A stretch of 62,306 nucleotides of DNA, counting the filler, from Choristocarpus tenellus KU-1152 (Eukaryota > Protista > Phaeophyceae): assembly GCA_964200185.2 (NCBI GenBank). It is 9 parts of 9 records of this genome, joined end to end, with 100 filler letters (N's around TTAATTAATTAA, not from the genome) between each part and the next. Parts side by side here need not be neighbours in the genome. Positions count along the whole stretch, not along the records: positions 1 to 17,036 come from CAXNAD020000730.1; 8 more parts are not named here. One strand, given 5' to 3'. Both the position numbers and the translations under genes were made by a program. A model generated the notes under the pieces. It was not told where the DNA came from, made no database searches, and saw only the letters and a program-made list of their open reading frames with translations. Shown piece by piece: positions 1 through 14,226 of the stretch. Numbering within the stretch: the first letter of the stretch is position 1; every line of letters begins with the position of its first letter.

Positions 1-77
1 GGGTGGAAAAAAGTCAAAGCCAATCTCATGGCTCCTAAAGGGCCTCCCCCCCCCCCCCCTCTCACACCTTTTTCTAG

Positions 78-3000
78 TCACGCCTGCTAACCAAGTTGGC
101 AGATAGACTATCGGAGCAGGCACCTCACCTAAAGCCCTTGGAGATTGGCATGGTATGCTGGGGATTGGCTGTCCTGGAGCAGGTGTGGCCTTGAACATAA
201 CAAATTTCGTAGGTTGACTTTTTCTGAGGGCTATATTGTATGTAGTGTACTATACTATGCTATACTGTCACATCCAGCCAATAGTAGTGGCACTAGTGCT
301 TTGAAATACTCACTGTCTCTGAGTATTTATTGACAATCACTGGGACAGTTTCATATTTCATGGTATAGCTCTTGATGAGAGGTGTTGTGTGCTAAGTGTT
401 GGGTGGAATGTGGGATGTACATTAGGGGGAGCCATAAAGTCGGTTGAGATATCATTGGTACTGTCTGTGATGATGTTAGATCGATGATGTTAAATTGCGT
501 GAGATCCTTTGATGGTTTTGATGGTATTGGATGTTATGTGACATGATGTGTAGGTGATTGATACGAATATTGTAGGAGGGGGGGTATCCAATGGTTGTGT
601 CTAATAAGGCGTGTTCTGTAACATACAGCTGACTCTCAATGGCTTGATTTGGTTTATGATCCAGAAACAAGGTGTTGCTAATGTTTCTGTATTATTATTT
701 TGTGTGGGCTAGGTTTTGACACTCTTCCTGACTCATGCCATTAAAACATCATTGTAATATTTTTATAATACTATTGTAATATTAATAATTGGAGGTGTGT
801 GGGGAGGTTACCCCTAATCCTTTGATTTATGGGAACGCCTTTACAATACTGTGAATTTTCCAATGATTTCCTCTCATGCGTGGCTTATGTTTGCACATCC
901 AATTTTTGTTGCTATTTCAACTAGTCAGAGATGCTAGGTGCACCTTGAATGTGATGTATGTCAACTATCCCTATTGCTACCCCAACCCCTCTTTGCCTAC
1001 TGTGTAAGATACTAGCTCCACATTGATCTTTTTTTGTATGTTCATATTTTTGTGCCTCTTTGGTCACTATTAAAATACTAGCATAATAATATAGTAGTAT
1101 GGTACTATAGTAGTATTGTTTGTGTGATTGGTAGTGTTCACTTGGTGATTCCCTGAATTTTTTACTTTTGCTGAGGTTTGCTTAGAATATCTTAGAGTTG
1201 TTGGCTGTCAACCACTGTGATAACATCATTAGTAATAGTAAAAGCTAGTAGTGTCTTGTTGAGGGTATCTATTCCCTCTTGTATAATCGTGTTCAATAGG
1301 AGTGAGTGTGTAGCACTTCAAAAAAATTAGTGTATTTCCACTTCTGTGTGACTTGGGATAAAATTGATAAATATGGATAAGTTGGGAAATTCATATACTA
1401 GATTTTTTTTTTAAAGTGATGCTGTGTTTATGGCTCTAGACATGATACATGAGGATTCCAAACACCAACACTTGATTGTTCCTTGAGCAAGAAATAATTT
1501 GATTTAGGGATATTTCAAACCCTTTCTTTTTAGACCAGTGTGATATTCCCAATTTCTCCAAATCCACTCCAAACTTGAACACCATTTTTTTTGGCAAATA
1601 CTCTAATTATGTTGAAGTGGAAGGAACACAGATACTACACACTCCCCACTTCAAAGTCAGTCTCTTTTGTTAGGGTTAGGGTTAGGGTTAGGGATAATGA
1701 TTACCATAATATATAGCTATTTTACCACACACACACATCTAACACCTAATTCTACCCCAACACCCCTCCAGCGGAATGAGAAGTGCCTGGCCGCCATTGC
1801 CAAGGAGGTGACCAATCGAGCTGTCCAATTTAAGGGCAATGAGCTATCCAATGTTTTGTGGGCCTTTGCTGTTCTTGACTATGGGGACAAGGTAAGTTAG
1901 GGGACAAAGACGGAACCAACACTCTCACAGAAGGGGAAACACAACTTTTACACTGTGGACTGTGGGATGGTGTTTGAAGGCTCAGGGTTAAAAGAACAAC
2001 GTTATTTGCAAATATTCGATATTTGTTGCAAGACAGGGATCTGCTTTTGTGGTTTATTAGTGCAATGGATGCTGTTCTTTGTTGCCTCTGTTAGTATATA
2101 TTCAGTGCATTCCTCCTCACCACCTGGTTTTTATCAATATTAGTTAGTGAGAACATAACCACTCCTCAATCTCTTCTTCTGGATGATACTTGTTGAGGTG
2201 ATGATTCTGTAGACAATATGTAGTGCCCCTTCTACATTTAGTGCCCTTAAGGCTTCTTGCGGGTCAGCATCGTTGTCAAACTTACTGACATTTTCCTGTG
2301 TGAGACCTATGATTCCTCATATGTGAATGCACCTCTGTTGCAACAAATTATCAGTGTCCTTTAAAAAAAAATTAGAGTCAAATTATCAGTGTCTTTTTTA
2401 AAATTATTTAGTCAAATTAGGAGTGGTTTAATGCAGTGTGCCGTTGATCTGAAGTATATACTTTGATTTTTTGGCTATCGATTATCAATTTTGAGTCCAT
2501 TTCCACTTCTGAAGACACCTGACTGCATGGTGTGATGGACTGCGAATGTATTGCCCTCCTCCTTTGCTGTGTCCAAGGCTATGCTAGATGCTGTCGCCAA
2601 GTTGCTGTCTCCATCTGAGCTGGTGTGGCCAGGGAGAGTTTCCTGGGAGTGGACAGGCCAATGCAAAGGTGATGATGAGGAAGAGGGGTCCTGGAGAGCA
2701 GTTGTTTGCCATTCTGCCAAGGGCTTTGCCAAGGATGATATTGGCGTTGGTCCCATACATGCAGATGATGAAGATAGTGTGGACCTGGCCATGGTCACAG
2801 ATGCTGAACTAGCTGAAAAGCTTCATTCTGTGACTGGGGATATGGACAAGGTGTGTGAGACTATGCTATTGATAATAGTAGTAGTATGTATAATAGTAAT
2901 TACCTAAAAGGGGCCCTTAAATATTTTGGACTCCTCTCATGTATGTATGTATGTGATGTATAAAACCAAGTGTAAGAGTGCCAGTACTGGCTCTATCCTT

Positions 3001-6000
3001 GTTGTAGACATGCAAGCACTCGCTCATTCTTGTTTCATAAAAATACTGCAAACAAGAAGGTTGCAGGTACTGGCTCTTTCTATCCCTCTTGTGCATACTG
3101 TCTATATCCAATGTGTATATCCAAGTAGTTCCTGCCCATACAAACCTACCAGCTCTGTAGTGCTGTTTTCCCTCTAAGTTGTTTGGAGTTTGACTCCAAT
3201 TGTACATCTCTACAACCTACACCTAGGCAGTACCAGCTCTCGAGCTCGTGTATGTGCTTGCTTGCGTGCTTGTGAACACTTATTTCAACAATCAGAAAGC
3301 CTGAGAAATATAGAAAACCTCACTAACACCTCTATACAGCTGTCTTTTGGGCCCCTCTCCTATGTGCAGTGTAAAACCAAGTAATTCCTGTCCATCCATC
3401 CATCCATCCATCCATCCATCCTTGTCTGTTTGCACAACCCTCCTTGTTCTCCTTTTGAATTGTTTGAATCCTACTTACTATAATTGAATTAGCTGATTAC
3501 TCCTGCTGGCATGTTGCAGGGATGGTGATCATGTACTGAGGAGAAAATAAAAAATTGCCAGGGAAGAAGACTATGACACATTAGCAATACAACAATATAA
3601 AATAATAATCTGTAGAAGAGGAAACACCATACAGGGAATACAGTAAACAATACAGCAGGAGATAGCTACTAGATGCATGTTAGATCATAAACACCAACTA
3701 GAGTATAGTTTATTTGTAGGTTAGACATCAATGGAGCACCTTAACTTAACCATAACCTCACTTGTTTGGAAACACACAAGGAGTTGCTCCCTCCTCCCTC
3801 CTCGCCTGTCCAACATGCAATCCCTGAGGGTTCTAGTCCCTCCCGAAGGGGCCTATTTTTGATTCTATCAATAGTATTAATGATCATATTTATATAGTCA
3901 AGGGTTTGAAGGGGGATTAAGTTGATGTAGCCTCCTTGAGTTGGCAAAGAGTGCCTTTTTTGTGTGTGCTCTCTGTTGAATTTGCTACTATTATATTATT
4001 TGTGATTTTGATTAGGGTTAGGGTTAGGGTTAGTAGGGTGGAGAGTTATGAATTGTGTGTGTTGTGTTGGTTACACTCTTGTGTGTGCTGCGGTTTATCA
4101 GTTATCTTCCCAGCAATGCATGGGTTTGTGTGCAGGTTGGATAAATGTAGATAGATGGTCATTTAGAATGTGGTGGTGATGATTGTAGATGTTGATCTGC
4201 ACTGAATATTCATTGCCTTGAAGGCTTTTTATTCTGTTTTTTCAATAGCATTGCTGTTGAAAAACACACTGAAAGTCATTCGTGCATTCATACCTCAGTT
4301 ATGCACTAAGGCAAGTCCATGTATGGTTAGGAAACTTGTTGACACCCAATCTCACACATCAAAACGAAAACTGGACACTGCAGCAAATGATGGCAAACGA
4401 TGCAGTTTGTCCAAATATGCTGAGATATCATTACACCATTGAGGTAGTGTAAGTAGTCTTGCTCGACACGTTTTGAATAACAATGGTCTATAGTAAGTAT
4501 AGGGTTAATAATATTAATAGAACTATTATTGCTTAAATAATATGACTATTGAGATCATATAATTACAATAATACTACTGTCAAAATGTTTAAGTGTTTTT
4601 TTTGTATTGTAGAATGGTCCTGATTGAAGTCCTAATGTATTCTTTGCATAATCACAGGTGGATGTGGGATTAGTGACACTATCCCCTCAGGAACTGTCAA
4701 CAATTGCATGGGGTATGAGCAGTCTCTCCAAGGAGTGGCTTCCTGGCCAGGTAGTGACTCATATCGGTAGTGACTGTTGTTGACCGCAGTGCTTTCATAT
4801 ATATATATTTATTTATTTTTTGGGGGGGGGGATTTGTCCTCTTATTTTATTAGCTTTTCTTGTATCTAAATTGATGTATGGTGACATAAATCAACAATTG
4901 GTGAGGTTAAGATGTCATGTTCTCCTGTGTCCACCTCTTCAATCTGTATCTGGTGTTGTATCTCTCGAAGTCACTCTCTCTTCCTTTTGCAGGCATGAAA
5001 TGTGCTTTTTTTTAAATCATACATTGTCTTTCACTTGCACTGTATAACCACCTGTAAGGACTTACTGTCTAAGCAACACAATTGCTTGAATTGTTTACTT
5101 GCAATTTTATCATTCCAACATATTGCCACGGCTCCTTTTTGGAAAGTAAAACCTTACTACTCCTATCCAGGATTGAATCATGTCAAGGTTGTGCATGCAT
5201 GTATGACCTGAGATTGAGACATCATCACTGTTTTTGACAGTTGGCAATTATTTGCAACCATTATGTATTTTTCCAATTTAGGCACCACTATGCTAATGAT
5301 CCTTCCCCCCCCACATCCTGTTTTGGGTTTAATGCATGTTGTATGGCTGTATGTGGTATTAATAACATTTAATGGCATGATGAAAGCCTGCAGCGTACAG
5401 AGCCCTGTCAGAGTTGACCAAGGCAGCTGTGGGATGTGTACATACTTTTAACTCTCAAGATATCTCCATGTTGGCACTATCCATGGCAAGGCTATCTTGG
5501 GACAGTCCTGTACTGATGAAGGCTATGGCATCAAGGGCAATGGAAATTTTGCGAGAATTTCGGTATGATTGACATTAAGTGTTGTGTGTTCCTCTTATCA
5601 AGCTTTTTCACATTTAGAGACGGTGTGCTGATTGAAGTGACATGTGCAGATATATGTCAATTAAATCAATTTTTTGTCAGATTTATTTGATCTGTACATG
5701 TGTTTGCGTTAAGTACATGAAGATTTTTTAGAATTTTGTTGGATTGAGCCAAAAATTGTTGTATGTAAGAATAGTACTGATAACATTTTTGGGGAGTAGC
5801 AGGTATCATACTAGCAGTATTTTGTATTTATCTTGTTATATTGGTACAACCGATTGTGTGAAGGCTTCCCAAGTCAGTTTGTTGTCATGAAGTTGACTGT
5901 GGGTTGTGTCCATGAACAGGTGTACTCTCACTATTGTAGTACATGATATTTTGATAGTGTTTGACAGGGTAAGAATGGCAGGGTCTAGTGGTTGTTACAG

Positions 6001-9000
6001 CTAAGTTAATGACCTCAATTGAATGACATAAAGTTGTGGATGGATAGGTACACCTATCATTGCTGTTGGTCAACCCTCTTTTAACAATCATACTGATTAA
6101 CAAGGTGATACTGCATATTGATCACCAGGCCTCAGGAGTTAACAAATATTATTTGGGCGTTTGCAAGGCTCAACCACAAGGATGAACGCCTCATGGAGGC
6201 TGCTACAGGGCAGGCTCATAGGTAAGTTATGCCAGCATTGATAGATCAAGGTAGCTACAGCTGTATGGGAATAGTGTGGTTAAATGATGCGCTTTAGCAA
6301 GTGAAATACTCAAGGGTTCCTTCATTTGTTTAGTTTTACTTGAGACCTTACAAGGCTTACCTGACACATTACAGGGCAAGGGATCTTAGTTGATAAAGGT
6401 ATGCTAGTGTCTGCCCGAGTTAGTTTAAAGGAGGTAGCTATAGCTGTCTGAGCAGGGGGGCTATTGGGATTTTAGCAGTGGGCAATTAGGTATTGGTTGT
6501 TTTTAACTGGAAAGCATGGGTGAATCTTGTGAAGGTGTATTTTTTTTTCTGTTATAAGTACTATATAGTGCATATATTCTATATAGTGTATATATTCTAG
6601 TGATGGCATCCTTGAGCGTGCGTTGGTAGTATTCCTTTGGTACTACTTAGTATATTAGTGCAAAGTGTGTGTGAGTGCCTGAGGTCTGTGTGATGGGGGG
6701 TGGTAAGAATGACCAGATTGGTGACTCAAAAAGGAAGCAAACAAAAGAATCTTGAGCCAAGCTGAGCAAGGACTCTGATCTTGAATGCGGGTTCTTCCTC
6801 AATCTGATTTGTATTGAATGCAAGTATTTGGAAACAGCACACACAACACCCTAACCTTCACTGACTGTTACACATGCCTGAGTCACCTCAAGCTGGTCCT
6901 ACATCAGCCCACATTCCATCATCTTAAGTGTTCACAAAGGGAACATTCTGTGGGTGCAATGAGTATTAGTGCTCTGAGGTTGGTCTCAACAATGTCAAGG
7001 AGATTCCAAATGGTACCTGCCCTGAGATGTGGATTAATGCATTGAATGGATGATGTCAAGTATGAAAAGACAAGTGTATGTTGGAACTGTTCCAGTGTGT
7101 ACGATTGATGCCATACTACATGATTAGCACAAACTTGGAAGTGAATGCATCTTGCACAAAAGATGCTTTAGATTGTTTGACACATTGATCAGTGCACTTG
7201 TTGGAGATACCAATTCAACCACTTGCTGCAGGATGTTGAATGGACTGGGACTCAAACCACAAGAGCTGGCTAACTTGGCGTGGTCCATGGCTGTTCTGGA
7301 TTCACCCAATAAACCTCTTCTTCGTGCCATTATGATGTCTGCCCAAGATCAACAGGCTGAGCTGACAGTGATTGATAAGCACCAACTCTATCAGGTACAT
7401 GTTCTTTATTCCCCTGAATGCGCGTATGAGACCCTTAGCACTGTTCAATGTCACTTCTTGTGTTGTTTGTGTGTATTGCCTATGTAACCACTGTACCATA
7501 CTTGCAAGGTACCCTTTTCTGTGCATCTTGTGAGGTGTCTTCGATTTGCTGAAAGTGCTCCATACCTCTGCTGCAATGCCTCCCTGGCAATGGATACCAC
7601 AGAATAAAAATATGTGTCCTACTGCCAAGGGACTATTAAGGTAATGACTGCTAAGGTGACTATTTATTGACTGGTGTAACTTGTAAACTGCATTTGGCTG
7701 TCCTCCAGGTTTATTTGTTGTGGAATAAGGATATCAGTTACGTTTGGAAAGGTGTTGATATTGTTTTCTTGAAGCACTTGCGGACTCAGTGGGAGGGTCA
7801 GAAGGAAAGGCTGAAGCGGTCCTCTAGTACTCACTTGGGGGTATCAGAGGTGAGGCGAGGGAGAGCAAGGACAATTGTAGGTTATTATAATACCAGTAGT
7901 GGTGGGTTGGTAGGAGACTCACTGAAGTAAGATTTAGTTTTTCATTCGTCAAACAAGAGTTGAAGTAATTTATTTTTACTTGAGGTTGTGATGTGTTAAT
8001 TTGATTTTATGTGACTTGTGGCTCAAAAAGATGGTCAAGTTGCTTGGAGTGTGATCATGGGAGTCATACTGTGCTGCATCAAGACAATGTAGATATTTTT
8101 GGGGACTTGAGGTAAATGACTTTTTGAAAGTGAAGACTTCAGTAAAGCCGGAAAGGAAAGTCTGTTGCTCCTGTTTGTGGTTTTTGTGGTAACAACCTCC
8201 TCCCGGTACACCCTCTTTTGTGCAATGTCCAGACATTGAAGCTTATGCAAATTGCTCATGAAAATGAGTCCGATCATGACATAGACATTGAGGTGGTGGG
8301 CATAGGCCTGAAGGATGAAGACTGGGACTTCCGCAAGGTCTCCATGGGTTCCGGGCCAAATCTTGCTCAGCCATCGAAGGTGTGTCCAAGAAATCTATCT
8401 GTTGACTAGAGTTTGCAGATGCTTGAGAGCAGAGATGTAAAAATACTAGTAATGAAGGGGTTGTGGTCTTTTTCATGGAACAGATTGACTATGAGGGAAA
8501 CAGACAACAGCATGCCAGGCTTAGATTATAACCTTAGTGCAGCGCCTTATACCATCATACCAACCCACGCCCACCCCATATTTGGTCAATAGTAGTATCT
8601 ATTTTCTTTGGAAATGCCTGTGTCAATTTGGAGCCCTATTTTCATCCCTACATATTGTTGTTTGACCTCTTCGTCCTGTTAATGCCATATACATAGGGGT
8701 AAGGATTAGAATAATCAATGTAGAGCCAGAACACACACATGCATGTTACCAACTTCATGTCCATTTCCTACCTTGAGCCCGTTTCAAATTGTGTGTTCTT
8801 GAAATGAAATGAAATGTGATGTGATGTGAAGAAGAATCATTATCACGTTAGGGTAGGTTGATTGGGATGGACCTCTTCTTGTTTATTTTATTTATGGGCA
8901 CGACAGATACATAACACACTGAAGATTAGTATTGCTGACTATTACCTTGATGCTGATGGTGGTGATGTTCCTATTTTATCTTGTTGGTTGTTGCTTGTAA

Positions 9001-10554
9001 CTATGTTTTGCTGGCCCCTGCTGGTGAGGTGTTGGAATGTGATTGGTCTTGGGCTGAAGATTTTTTTTAGACTAGACAACAAAGTCCCCCTACTGGCAAA
9101 TGCATATTAATAGTATAGTATGTATGTTTGGAAGGTGTCCATGCCACCTCAATTCATTGTGTAATGTGTTTCTGGTAAAACAGTACACTGCACATTTTGT
9201 TGTGTGTTTTTGTTAGTATACTTGAGTATCATAGTATCATAGTATGATAGGTTTAACAGTGTTGTTGTGTATGGTCAGTAACTTCTAAGTAGTTCACTTT
9301 CTTTCATTCAAGTTGGTTGCTCATTTTTGCTCTCTGAAGTGTTACTTCCATTGAAGCACAAAGTGTCTTTCACTCCAACCCAAACTCTTGGACAGTCAAA
9401 GGTTTTTCCTCTTGGATCTAATTGTCATGAGATACCAACTGATGACTCATTTCCACTTGGAAGGACATAGTGCTAAACTCTTTGGGCAATACAGGTACGC
9501 ATGAAGGTGGCCCTTGAGGTGGACGGACCTGCCCACTTCACACGCAATACTATTCGTCCACTGGGACACATGGTCCTCAAACACCGAACCCTGGCAAAGA
9601 TTGGTTGGACTGTTGTGACGGTGAGCAGGTTTTTAGGGACCACTCCAATGAATTGGAGCATGTTTCATACCTGGAAGGGCTGGCTTTACACATGGAAGGT
9701 CACAGGATAGAGCATCGCTGCTCTTGTTATGTTAATCGATCACCTAGCACCAACTATGTTAAGGTTTGAACACATTAATGCTTTAATGTCATAGGGCAAG
9801 TTGTAAAGGGGGCTGAAAAGGTAAGTAGGTTAGGGTTAGATCGGATACAAAGAGGATTTGATATATGACTGACTTTGCTGACTCTAGTATTAGTATTTCC
9901 TAGAAGTATGGTCCTAACCCTAAGCCTAAACTTGTTTCATCGACTAATACTCCAAATTTCTCTCATCTACCCAACCCAACCTTCCTATTTCTATTTGAAG
10001 GTCCCGTTTTTTGAGTGGGACTCAATTCCAGTCTGGGCCAGCATGGAGAAGAAGCGTTACTTACAGAGGAAGATGGGTATTCGCAGAACAATGTAAGGGT
10101 AAACTTGAATTGGACCATGACTATCTAATGTAGTACATAATGATATAATACATTTTGACCACAAATAGTCACACAGTTGCCTTGTCTGACCCTTGTGTGA
10201 ATAGAGTACTCTGGGGTGCTTATTTTAGTGTAGTGTTCCCATCCTGGTACTGTGTCCATGTACTTGCCCCCTGTCACATACCACCATACCACACTAGGAG
10301 CACAGGAGCAACCACTTCATAAGTGCCTTATCTGTTCCCTGTTTCTGCTTGCTTTAGTGCTGTGCCTATCAGTTGTAACTTTTATGGAGCCTTGCCAATG
10401 CCCTCCCTTTGGTACAAACCAAACCAAACTTATTTGAGTGGCCCTGCCCATCATCCCTGATCTTGCACTTGTTGACAGATTCTTTGGGGGAAGAGACCAA
10501 AGTGAGTACAAGGGTTGGTCACCCCGTGTCACTGAGGCATCGCGGTACTACTAA
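78..10554 (+). CDS. RAP-domain protein with FASTK/OPR-like helical repeats (organellar RNA-binding type), spliced, 5'-truncated
   Basis: AG/GT-bounded exons: 78-182 (KPLEIGMVCWGLAVL), 1772-1891 (GNELSNVLWAFAVL), 2578-2850, 4658-4750 (PQELSTIAWGM), ~5400-5562 (acceptor uncertain), 6129-6221 (PQELTNIIWAFARL), 7232-7394 (PQELANLAWSMAVL), 7709-7849, 8233-8379, 9495-9620 (RAP motif VALEVDGPAHF..LKHRTLAKIGWTVV), 10001-10092 (VPFFEW) and a probable last exon 10479-10554. An alternative stop is at 10096. Confidence 0.88.
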
Positions 10555-13500
10555 GGACGGTTCCTTTCGTTGCACATCACACTCTTACTTTCTAGAATCG
10601 TTTAGCAGACTACTGTACTTAATCCTGACACACTGTCCTCTGAAGTGGCTTTGCTTTTTCTTGGTTGGGGAAATCTGCTTGGTTCCTCCACTGTCCACTT
10701 CCTGTTGCTATATACTCCTGAGTGTGTATCATTGCATCCTCCCAGTAAGTCGTGGTTCCTGAGGTTGATGTTGGTGTGTCCCTTTGCTGTGCCCAAGTGC
10801 ATTGCAGCTTAGTACTAAAACAGTGCATAGCTGTGCAGGCTAGGTTTTCCAAATGGTGTTGCATCAAAGAGGTTTCTTTTGTGTCCATATATTTGTTTTG
10901 ATGTGGTGCATGTAATAACTGTTACTATTTTGTGTGTGTGTGTGTGTGTGTATGATAGTGTGTGGTAAACCATAAAGTGTGCCCTTACATCATCAAAAGG
11001 TTAGATTGGCACTGACTGTCTCATATAATGAGCAACACAAAGCACAACCTTGAGACCACCTGAATCTTGTGTTTCGTGCAAGAACATGACTGATTCTCTT
11101 TTATGCTTTTTTGAGCATAGGGTGGTCTAGCATCTCTTCACTAACTCTGCTATTCACATGTAACAAAAAGATTATGGCAAGGGCTGCTATTACTACAATT
11201 ATTGGTCATTTACTATGAGAATCATATGCATAATACTTAACTCTAATAAAATATGGTTGCAATGATGGGGACATTTGAGATGCAATAAAATTGGTTCGAG
11301 GTCCTAACTCCTCCTGCAACCAAAGGTATGTTTCCGTTTTTGGTCAAATTTAGAGAAAGTTCTTCAGTCCCACCAAGTACACAAGAGGGAATTCAACCAA
11401 TGCAAAATCTGCTACAGGTCAGTTCATTCCATGAAATAATATATATGAAACGAACACTGAGGCCCTAACACATCCAATAAGCTATTGTAGCACCTTCAGT
11501 TCACAATACAGCATGCAATAGGGTGCACTGTCTCAAGAAGGGGATTAAATCTGTCTTGGGGGTATTTTTGTTGTTTCATGTTTTCATTATTTTTTTCATC
11601 TGTTCATGATGTGAAACCTGTCATTGGAAATGCTGATATAAACAGGACGATACGTTTTTGGTGACACAAATCGTTTTGGTTGGTAGTGTAAGAACATTTG
11701 AAGATAAATATTGCTTGGGAGTACTCTGGATGCACTTTGATCACTCACCATGTAACCCACCAGCATCTTCCTGGGTTACCTCGGCGTTAATGGAGGAGCA
11801 AGGCGTTTCACCATCCATTTCAAAACCATATCATCCGTTGATGCATGATAATCACCCTTGCTTGTCCTAGCTTGCCACAATAATTATGTTGTCTCAGTAA
11901 TCTCTCTGTGGGGGGGACTTAAAAGTTCACCGAAAAAATGTTTTCTTCCTCACTGCAGCCATCAGGGCCCTTGCCTGGTCTTTCCTTGGCCTTCCTTTCC
12001 TGGTTTGTGGCATCCCCATGTCTGCTGGTGGCTCTGAGTCCGACCCTATCAACCTCTTGGTCTTGTTATTCGCCATTCTGGAACCCCTTCATTAGGGTGT
12101 CGATAATTCAAGATTGGCATTGAATCGGGAAAAACGCCCTGTGATAGTTGCTTGTCTAGTCCCGTTCTCCCTCCCTGCCCACATTAAGTATCGTATTCTG
12201 TGCTACCCTTGCGCAATCTAAAAAATCTGAGACCTATCAGAACTTTCGTAGTGATCCACCTTGATATTTATACCGATGCCAACAGCAGAATATTTAGAGA
12301 TAGGCGTCAAGTGTTACACCAAAACTGAAATCATAGACTTTTACCCCATTACATCATCACATACAAACATAGAATGACATCATTGTAATTCAAGGTAATC
12401 CATTCAACAAAATTTTGGAAAAATATATTCTTTAAGAAGTGCCTAGAAAGCAAAATACAAATCTTGATTACTATTCCCCTCTATATTAGTATACTATATA
12501 CCACGTGATGGGTTCTTTCCGCCAGATGAGGTGGGACAAATCCCTCCCTAACTTGAACTATGAAGCGTGATGATGTGGATATAATCACCGTTGTTGGTTT
12601 CATGGTGAGGAGTAGACTTTGTTCGACACATCAAAGTCAGTCATGTTATTTTATTAATTTTTCTGCCTCCCCCATTTCGCAGAGGTGTAAGAAAAAAGAG
12701 TTAATATTACAGGGACTACAGTTAATACTAAGAGTATAAATGTAATAAACTGTTGTCATCAATGTTAAGAATAAAAAGCAACCACCTCAAAAGTGTACTA
12801 TTTGAAAACTAACAATACAGCAGTGTCCCATTATTGAAGATTGTTCACTACCAAGTAATTGTTGTGCACACTGCTACTCTTCTAACCTAGCCGTAGGAGG
12901 AAGTGGGTGATGACCTAGGGAAAAAATATACCAAGAATTTGACACCAATCAATCCGCCAAGCACAACCCTACCTCAGGTCAAAATGGAGAGGCCTCTTCC
13001 ATATGGTATCTACTTAATACAACCTAGTAAGACTAACACAACTTGCTCCAATGTGTTGACATCAATGTTATCAACACAAATTCATCCCTCATAAACCTAG
13101 GTTACATTTTTTAGTGAACCCAATCATCACCCTTGCTTGGTCGTAACACCTCTAAAGACATACTACTATTGAGATCTATTCCTGATTGTTCCTAATTCTC
13201 TCACTCACTAAAATGGTAAGTGTCTTTGAGTGCAGAGTACATCAAAAATTAACATCCACCCCTGGTTCTTCTACCTTCTCATTAATCTCACGTTCTGTGT
13301 TTAAAAAAGTAGTTGGCAAATAATAAATAAAAATCTGGTCCACAATTGAAATACAGAGTCTAAGGGAAGTGACTGAGTGCAGGGGAATACTCAGAAAAAC
13401 TATGTCAAATTTACCTAAACAGTATGTCTAAGACAAAAAGGTGTGTGATGCTCACTGTGCTTCACATACTCAAGTCCTTGCGTTCTTTGCCCATGATGGT

Positions 13501-14226
13501 TGCTGGCAAGTGCACATTTAGAGAAAAGAATCACAACACAGTTGAATACTCACCTTTTTTTTCTTTATCTCCCCCAGGAATGCACCTAACAAAGGTTGCA
13601 CGCCCTACTGAGGCAAACAATTTCTATTCCACATTAGCAGGCCATGCTGTATTTGTGACCTCATGAGCTGTAGTCATGAAGGCGGATGTGTGATCAAATG
13701 CATACAAACCTCAAAAATGGGCATAAACTCGATTTTGTGTAGCTCCTCATCACATTAATGAAAACGCAGTCTGAACTCCAAACCTATAATTTCTCCACAA
13801 CACCATACAACAATCTCATCATACTCCTACATAGTGACAATTTCAATCTCATGTACGCTGCCAGCTGGGCAGTGCTTAGTTTAGTACCTTACCACTTATC
13901 ACCCACATAAGAAAAAGGCCAAGGAATCTCTCCGAGCAGAGGGATAGAAGGGGAAGGGACTCACATACGGAAACGACTACCCGATGAAACACATCCTCAT
14001 CCAGGCATACAACACATTTAATAGCATATAATACAGCACATTTCCGAAGTGTACTTACTTCAAGGAAGCTGCACAAAAATGAAAACTCCAACAACTTATC
14101 TTTGAAGTGGCTGGAAAGGCAACCAGGGTCCCTCTCAGCAAAACTGAAACAATGAAAAAAGGAACACTGTATCCCCACCCTAAAAACCCAATTCTTCTGA
14201 AGCCACGCACACATACTGTGGGGGCA

